Assembly (NCBI GenBank): GCA_965644295.1
Contig: CBFFRP010000622.1
Span: forward strand, 1-14,787
DNA length: 14,787 nucleotides
Direction: 5' to 3'
DNA from: Paraphysomonas bandaiensis
Lineage: Eukaryota > Protista > Chrysophyceae
Part shown: positions 8,427-14,787 of the stretch, piece after piece
Layout of the letters: every line of letters begins with the position of its first letter
Position numbering within the stretch: position 1 is the stretch's first letter
Notes under the pieces: model-generated
Database searches by the model: none
The model's input: the letters and a program-made list of their open reading frames with translations, nothing else
What the model was told of the DNA's origin: nothing
Made by a program: the position numbers and the translations under genes

Positions 8427-10181
8427 AGTTGTATAGTATAATTTTCACATATTATTGTGTGTTGGTGGAACAAGAAATTAGTGCTGCATGTTTTCATTTT
8501 ATATAATTGTCGTTTTATATATGTCATATATATAATAGATACGACATTGCACGTAGTTCTTGTTGGTTAAAATAATTGCTGTATTCGTTATAATTGGCAA
8601 TACTGTTAAGGCTTGTGGTAGTTAATGTCTTATTATCAGCAATAGGCGTTTATGAGTCAGTGCTTAACTCATATATATATTTTATTGACTAGGTTTTTTC
8701 ACCAATTGACTGTAGTAGGTTTCTACAACTATTTTGGTGTGACGATAGGAAATTACACCAAATTGACTATTCGATTAGGGTTTAAACGTCAGAATTAAGT
8801 TAGCAATATAACTAAGTATTAAGAAGTCCTTAGTCCTTAACCCTGATATCCTACTATTTAACGCTACGAAAGCTGCTTGTGTGTCACCGCTATCACCAAC
8901 GTGCAACCACTTTCGTTCTATCACTCAAAGCAATGGTAATAGTGTGATTAGGGAATTACACTAACTTGTGACTGGTAGGTTCAATATAATAGATACCTTC
9001 ATTATATATGCCATCGTACACATCATTAAACAAGAGCGCTACAGACACCCAAAGTATATACTTGTAAATTCGGTTATAATAGTCATCCGGTGAAGAGAGG
9101 AGATTCGTAGTCGGGTAACTAGCCCTTTGGCTCTGTGTACACGAATAAAGAAATCCAATGTAATCACTGTCCTACACCTATGTGTATATTTTTATCATCA
9201 TGGTTGACTCTCATGCGCGCTTAAGTAACTCTTCACCTCAGAAAATAGAAAACAAGGCAGCATCACTCACGAATAATGATACGTGGTAGGACAGCTGATC
9301 AATTATTTTGTGTTGCTCACATATATAGCGTGAGTGTAACTCCAGTTGTCCTGTAATCATTTACACAATGAGTCCTGCATCCATGTGTCCTGTAGCAGGG
9401 AAAGCTGTACCGATAAAGCCACTGTGTTGAGAAAACAAATGCCCTACAAACTTCGATATGAACAACAGGGAAAGCTGTACCAGCAAGAAGGCTGGCATCA
9501 GGCTGATCATGGCTTAATGGAGTCTCTGATTGATGAGTATTGTGCTCGACTCCTAAACTTCAGGAAGGAACCTATTCCCAAGAAAGATAGGTATCAAATG
9601 CCCTACAAACTTCAATATGAAGCAAGTTGGACTCATATGTACTAAGTCGAGCTCTCTGGGTGACCTCGGCGCTGTCTAGAACACGCTGTGCGAAATCAGT
9701 TCCTTCACTCTCGTCGTCGTTATATCTGTCTTTTAGTTTCAAGTTTCAATTATAGTTTGTAGTGTCGAGCCATGTCGACGGTATTGACTAGGTTCAATAA
9801 TAGTGTACGTGACACTAGTACGTACTCAACATTGGACGCAATTAGAAGACAACTGCGTACACTGATAACATGCATCTATCTCTTTAAATATTTGTTAAAC
9901 TCCATAAACTAACAGTTCTGATTTCTAATGACATTGCGAAATATATAGCTCATACATTCGTTATTTATTAGGGGAATACTAATATCACGCATTTGGACAA
10001 AAGCATATATCACACATGCATATAGATCATACACTTCTGACTATCTAATTTATATTAACAACTTCTACCTCCATAATCAGGACGCTGTTGCACACGACGT
10101 CTGGGTCTTGGGAGCACTTAACGAGCAATGGATACTCCATCAAATAGCACACATGAATTCAGAACTACAGCCACGACACTT

Positions 10182-10658
10182 CTATTGTTTCTTTTTCTTC
10201 TTTTCTGCAGCTCTCTTAAATACATCAATCAATTTACCAGCCGGTGTTCGTTTGAATAATACATTCGCTGCTGCAAGGACTGCAGGGTGTACATCAGCCT
10301 TTTTTAAGACGTCCTCACTAAACTTTACTATAAATCTGGAAGTGTGAGATTCTGTGAGTGAGACATAAGCTGAAGAGGGGTAACGCATTGCATGTTTAAT
10401 ATTATCGGACACCATAGCCATATGCGCGTCGTCAAGATTCGACTTCTTCAGTGCTTCGAGCATGCGTCGATATATGCGGTGGAAGCCTACACATGTATGA
10501 TGAGTTGATATCTATTGACATCTGGAGGCATGTGTGTATACAGAGAGTGCGGTGTGGTGGTGGTGGTGTGGCAGTGTACCGTAGCTCTCCGCAGCGTAGT
10601 AAGCGTTCATCAGTGTGGCGTTCTTCATGAGAAACGGTAGAATAAAATGAAACACCAT
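10182..10658 (-). CDS. Small spliced protein of unknown function (~127 aa; hydrophobic N-terminus, poly-Lys C-terminus)
   Basis: Exons 10658-10580 and 10486-10182 join in frame across a 93-nt GT-AG intron (10579-10487), giving MVFHFILPFLMKNATLMNAYYAAESY/GFHRIYRRMLEAL...AAEKKKKKQ*. A further acceptor at 10673 suggests an upstream intron. Confidence 0.68.
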
Positions 10659-10760
10659 GGCAGAGTAGAGTCCTATGAGATCATGTGCTGTCACTACAGA
10701 TAGATTGATTCACTCCTACACTGGTGTGTTGTTCATAGGAGGGTGTCATGTACAGTATGC

Positions 10761-10829
10761 ATGTATGTATGTATGTATGTATGGTGTGATGAGGTGTGGA
10801 TGTTAATGCATGCAGCAGAGAAGCAGAAC

Positions 10830-10860
<31 letters not shown>

Positions 10861-10865
10861 TACAC
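10761..10865. repeat. Short (ATGT)n tract (10761-10783) and (CACATA)n tract (10828-10865)
   Basis: Directly visible simple repeats. Confidence 0.9.
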
Positions 10866-11036
10866 TCTTCCAGAACTAGTTTTCGGCCTACTTTTCCAGT
10901 ATTTTACTTTTTCTTCTAAATATTAGTACTTTCTAGAAGAATATATCAATAACCCACATTTTCTTGTAGATATCAGTATATTTTATAGTTAGAAAAACCG
11001 TCTTTTCAGTCGTGTAAGTATGTGTGTTATCATCAC

Positions 11037-11110
11037 ATGTATGTATGTGTATGTATGTGTATGTATGTGTATGTATGTGTATGTATGTATGTGTGTATGA
11101 TGTGTATGTA
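11037..11110. repeat. Degenerate (TGTATG)/(TATG)n tract, probably in a 5' UTR intron of the p24 gene
   Basis: Simple repeat following a consensus donor GTAAGT at 11014-11019. Candidate acceptors at 11122 and 11142. Confidence 0.8.
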
Positions 11111-11175
11111 TATCCACTGCAGTCATATATACATGTACATAGAGAGCTCAGTCCTCATCACACCACTCTGTGACT

Positions 11176-12604
11176 ATGCGGAGTATGAAGCTGGTATTAT
11201 TACTATGTGGTGCAGTGGTCTCCTATGGCGCCAGAGACAGTCTGAATGTGGTTGTTCCTCCTGGAGGGAGAGAGTGTTTCTACGAGGACCTCAGCAGCCC
11301 AGACACTGCGAGAGCTGTGGAAGTATTCGTCCCTTCGAGCGCTAATATCGATGTGCTTCTACAGGTGCATACACTCATATGATACCACTGTGTGTTGTGT
11401 GTGTCTCGTGTCGTGTGTGCAGCAGACTGTATGAGTAGCTCTGTATGTGTGTGTTCATGAGGGTGGTGTGCATGTATGTCACAGTCCTCTCTAATCGCCT
11501 CTGTGCAGATCATCGGCCCTCTCACCTCTCATCAGGTTTTATCGGTGGGTCTCATATTGAAATATATCGACGTATATATAAATATATATGCTGTACACAT
11601 CTATGTATGTATGTATTTGTGTAGATTTGTTTATTCGTACTGTTTTCTCAGGGATCTCTTCCCGAGCCTATTGCCACCGAGACCATCAGTGGCAGGCTGC
11701 AGGAGCATTCCGAGTCCCAGAGTTTAATTCAAGAGTTTGAACCCGATGTGAGTACTTCTCGGTATATCTTTATCTCGATGTGTATTTATATGTATAGATC
11801 TGCTGCTATCTCTGAAATCTTCCTCTCGTTATCTTTATATCTGACCTTTCTCTCATACTGTCTCTGTACCGCTGTTTTGGCGCCTGTCACCTCTCGTCAC
11901 ACTGTCACCTTATGAGTCTATATAATAGCACCCTTCTAACTTCGCTGTTCCATCTGCTCTACATATTGCTCTCTCTGTACCATCTATCACTATCTGACAG
12001 TATCACCTCCTCGCTACGTAGTTGTTTCGTGCTGCACCCTGCCTGTATTTCTAACCTACCTCCTGGACGAATTACAGGTACCGGGGACATATGCTTTCTG
12101 CGTGGATAATAGCAGATCGCGCTTTGTATCTCGACGAGTGCAGGTGCAGTGTGTTGTCGACATGATGGGTTGTACTCTTATTTAAATATTTAAATAGATC
12201 GATGTGAGGAGTATAGCAACTGAGGATGATGACAAGGTCACCGAGAGCAAGACGGCAATGGTTCTAAACGAGAATGAGGACATAAATGATCGTCTACGGG
12301 AGTCAATTGATAAGATCAGAGATGGCCTCCTGACCATTCAAAAACAACAGCGCAGGGACCGCAACCGGCTAAGCCTCAACAGCGAGACGAACAAAAGCAC
12401 TCATAATGGCGTAGTTATGGGTTCTATTGTTGAAACTTTGGTGTTTATAGTGGCATCACTATTCCAGGTATTTTTTGCAAAATTATAGATATGTATATTT
12501 AAATTGTACGTCAGATATTCTTTGTCCGTCGATGGTTCCTATCGAGAACTCCCCCTGCCGTTAGTTCAACATCACGGAAGCAAAATGCAGCAGAGTGGGC
12601 TTAG
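11176..12604 (+). CDS. p24/emp24/gp25L (TMED) family GOLD-domain cargo receptor, ~248 aa, 6 exons
   Basis: Exons 11176-11364, 11509-11544, 11652-11747, 12078-12143, 12198-12467 and 12515-12604, all GT-AG and in frame. Signal peptide, GOLD motifs VPPGGRECFYED and GTYAFCVDNSRSRF, coiled coil (LRESIDKIRDGLLTIQKQQ), SETN, transmembrane helix SIVETLVFIVASLFQIFFV, then an RRWF tail. Exon 2 could alternatively end at 11535. Confidence 0.92.
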
Positions 12605-12621
12605 TGACAAGATAGGAGTAA

Positions 12622-13019
12622 TGTTGTATGGAAGCTACTAGTGAGGTTAACGTAGATTAGTTGCAGACAGTCGTGATGGCATGCGTCGCTGACGTTAGGA
12701 TATAATTGTATTCAAATTATTTACGTTGAAATGGTATTAGCCGGGAGTATATATGATTTACGTCTATTAGGAGTCATTGAATCACGTATATCTCTTAACG
12801 CGTGAATACAACACACATATACAATGAAATACCAAATAGACTGAATAATTACCAAACTATACATGATACGCGACTGTACAAGATACGCACATGTGTGTGG
12901 TGCTAACGCTCTGCTCAAACGTGTCTTGCTATTATACTATTAGGCCTTATCGTTCAATCTTTATCTCTAATAATATCAAGTATATTCTTACTAAATATTA
13001 AGACTAACCTTAAATCTTA
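12622..13019 (+). repeat. Putative 5' LTR of the Copia element (~400 bp, TGTTG...TCTTA)
   Basis: AT-rich non-coding segment with TATA-like runs, starting with the typical Copia TGTTG and ending just before the PBS. It has no canonical CA end and there is no second copy in the window. Confidence 0.42.
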
Positions 13020-13022
13020 TTT

Positions 13023-13031
13023 TGGCAGCGG
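13023..13031 (+). promoter_or_regulatory. Primer binding site of the Copia element, tRNA-Leu-like (TGGCAGCGG)
   Basis: Complementary to CCGCTGCCA, which I recall as the 3' end of eukaryotic tRNA-Leu(AAG/TAG) genes. It lies immediately before the gag ATG. Confidence 0.6.
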
Positions 13032-14787
13032 ATGAGTTCTAAGACTAACAGTTACGATAACTCCGACTCCGACTCATCAGACAAGAGGAAGGATTCCATG
13101 CCACCCTTCGACGCCAAGAACTTCTCAAAATGGCAGAAGAAAAGTAGAGCCTGGTTCTTTCGTAAGCCTAAGATAGTATACATCCTAAGAAACGATGCGC
13201 CAGAGGAGCCTATACGTCAAGAGGAAGAAACAGAAGAGGACTACCTATACAGGAAAAACGCCTACGACGAAAATATGCAGTATTTCGAGGAGGGCAACAA
13301 TTACCTATGGTCACTTCTATCCAGCGCGGTGATTGGCCAAAACGAGGAAGCAGAGGGTATTATCGAAACAGTCCCTGAAGGAGATGGAAAAAGGGCATGG
13401 TCAGAGATCGAAAAGCATTTCAAAGACAAGACCTCAAATGATACGATAACCGACCTCATTGGCCAACTGCAATCAATCAAAATCAAGCAAGCTCAAACAA
13501 TCAATCAATTCCTGGACGAAGTCGAAAAATTGCGATTAAAGCTCGCTACACATGGCCACAAAGTCTCTGAACAAGACCTTATTTCAAGAATACGACAAGG
13601 GATGGTCTCAAATGAGAACCAGACCTATAAGGACCTGGCAATCAACCTCCAAATGAACCCAATTGATGATTATAAAACGCTGATAAGAAGATTGAGAGCA
13701 TTCGAGCATTCCACTGTAGGCTCCCTACTATCACAAAATACGGAAACCAAACGGGACAGCGCAAACTACAGCTCAACAGGCAAACAGCCGTTTAACCCCC
13801 GTCTACCGAAGAAGCAGAAGCACAACAACGGGCAGCGAAAACAGAAGAAATTCAACAAGCCCAGCAAAGTCACAAGAGCCTCGCGCGAAGTTAAGTGCTT
13901 CAGATGCAATGGATCCAACCACATTGCAGCAGAGTGCAAGCACTCGTGGGAACACATACAACAGATGCAGAAGTCCACAAACAAACGAAACGACGACAAA
14001 AGAGGGAAAGGGCATCATTCCAAGAACACATCATCAAAATACCCAAGAAACAGTCATCGGGATTCGAACTTAAGACTGGAAGACTATGACGATGAGGGGC
14101 CAAACGATGACAATGACTACAGTGCATTCTCTGGGATGATCACAGACAACCACGTCCTACATACGGAACACGAGAAGCAGGAATTTGGCATTCTAGACTC
14201 TGGCTGCACAATATCAATTACAGCAGCACGAAGCTTACTCTCCGAATTCACTTACGATCAAACCACAATTTACACCGCCAAATCAGGATCAGAAATGCAG
14301 GCATTGGGATACGGCAAGCTTGGACTGATTAGCAAGTGCAGGCTAGTTCCAGACGCGTCAAAGACTTTAATTTCCATCAGCCAGTTGACAACAGACGCCA
14401 ACTGCAATATTATATTCGGACCAAACGAGGCACGCGTATACCACGATGGAATTTTGTTGACCACAGCCAGGAAACAAAACGGTCTATACGAGATCAAATT
14501 ATCCGATTTAGGTTACATCCAAGAGCAGTGCAACTTGGCATCTACATCAAGCGGTTCCTCGATCTCCCTGGCACATCGAAGGTTGACCCACGCATCCATT
14601 GGCTTAATTCAAAAAGCACTAAAGTTGAATCTTGTGAAAGGAATCACTATTTCAAAATCCGACCTGAGCTCGCCACAGCTACCAGAAGGTCTTTGTGATG
14701 GCTGCGCACAAGGCAAGGCTCACAGGAGGAAACATAGGCGCGAGACAAGGCAAATGATACCGACAAAAACCAGAAGATCGCAGGAGC
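13032..14787 (+). CDS. Copia Gag-Pol polyprotein, N-terminal 585 aa, open to the window end (absent from the ORF track)
   Basis: Manual translation with no stops: MSSKTNSYD...MPPFDAKNFSKW, GDGKRAWSEIEKHF (Gag), CFRCNGSNHIAAEC knuckle (13896-13937), ILDSGCT protease (Asp at 14196), LVPDASKTLISISQL, NGLY, LAHRRLTH...CDGCAQGK (integrase zinc-binding region). Confidence 0.93.
   Translation, partial: MSSKTNSYDNSDSDSSDKRKDSMPPFDAKNFSKWQKKSRAWFFRKPKIVYILRNDAPEEPIRQEEETEEDYLYRKNAYDENMQYFEEGNNYLWSLLSSAVIGQNEEAEGIIETVPEGDGKRAWSEIEKHFKDKTSNDTITDLIGQLQSIKIKQAQTINQFLDEVEKLRLKLATHGHKVSEQDLISRIRQGMVSNENQTYKDLAINLQMNPIDDYKTLIRRLRAFEHSTVGSLLSQNTETKRDSANYSSTGKQPFNPRLPKKQKHNNGQRKQKKFNKPSKVTRASREVKCFRCNGSNHIAAECKHSWEHIQQMQKSTNKRNDDKRGKGHHSKNTSSKYPRNSHRDSNLRLEDYDDEGPNDDNDYSAFSGMITDNHVLHTEHEKQEFGILDSGCTISITAARSLLSEFTYDQTTIYTAKSGSEMQALGYGKLGLISKCRLVPDASKTLISISQLTTDANCNIIFGPNEARVYHDGILLTTARKQNGLYEIKLSDLGYIQEQCNLASTSSGSSISLAHRRLTHASIGLIQKALKLNLVKGITISKSDLSSPQLPEGLCDGCAQGKAHRRKHRRETRQMIPTKTRRSQE

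Larger units (their letters stand above)
12622..14787 (+). mobile_element. Ty1/Copia LTR retrotransposon, 5' part
   Basis: Order Gag, zinc knuckle, protease, integrase HHCC (integrase directly after protease) is diagnostic of Ty1/Copia. PBS-like TGGCAGCGG at 13023-13031. The left boundary TGTTG at 12622 is tentative. Confidence 0.88.

Noticed and set aside
8776-8845. TTAGGGTTTA and TAACCCT telomere-like words
   Set aside because: Isolated single units, not tandem arrays.
9396-9621. CRISPR-like repeat-spacer pattern
   Set aside because: Only two copies each of two different repeats, irregular spacing, eukaryotic context and no cas genes.
11022-12918. ORFs at 11022, 11246, 11280, 11912 and 12721
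   Set aside because: Low-complexity intron, off-frame or LTR translations. The real coding parts are explained by the p24 exons.
13301-14698. Short ORFs listed in the Copia region
   Set aside because: Off-frame or antisense to the real ORF starting at 13032, which the track missed because it has no stop in the window.

Overview
Eukaryotic genomic DNA with short GT-AG introns (a protist, possibly a stramenopile; inference only). From left to right: (1) a hairpin-rich ~200-bp segment that appears to interrupt (2) a minus-strand Ty3/Gypsy LTR retrotransposon. The element has a single gag-PR-RT-RNaseH-IN ORF cut inside the integrase zinc finger and a ~192-bp 5' LTR at 4622-4813 with no tRNA-type PBS. 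The LTR abuts (3) a ~480-bp (TACA)n microsatellite. Then come (4) a 4-exon VIP1/PPIP5K inositol pyrophosphate kinase/phosphatase gene, (5) an intergenic stretch with degenerate repeats, (6) a small spliced minus-strand gene of unknown function, head-to-head with (7) a 6-exon p24/emp24/TMED GOLD-domain gene, and (8) the 5' part of a plus-strand Ty1/Copia element. The Copia ORF (13032 to window end) is missing from the ORF track. I see no clearly new multi-gene system. The most interesting leads are the Gypsy priming site, its apparent microsatellite insertion site, and the structured insert in its integrase.
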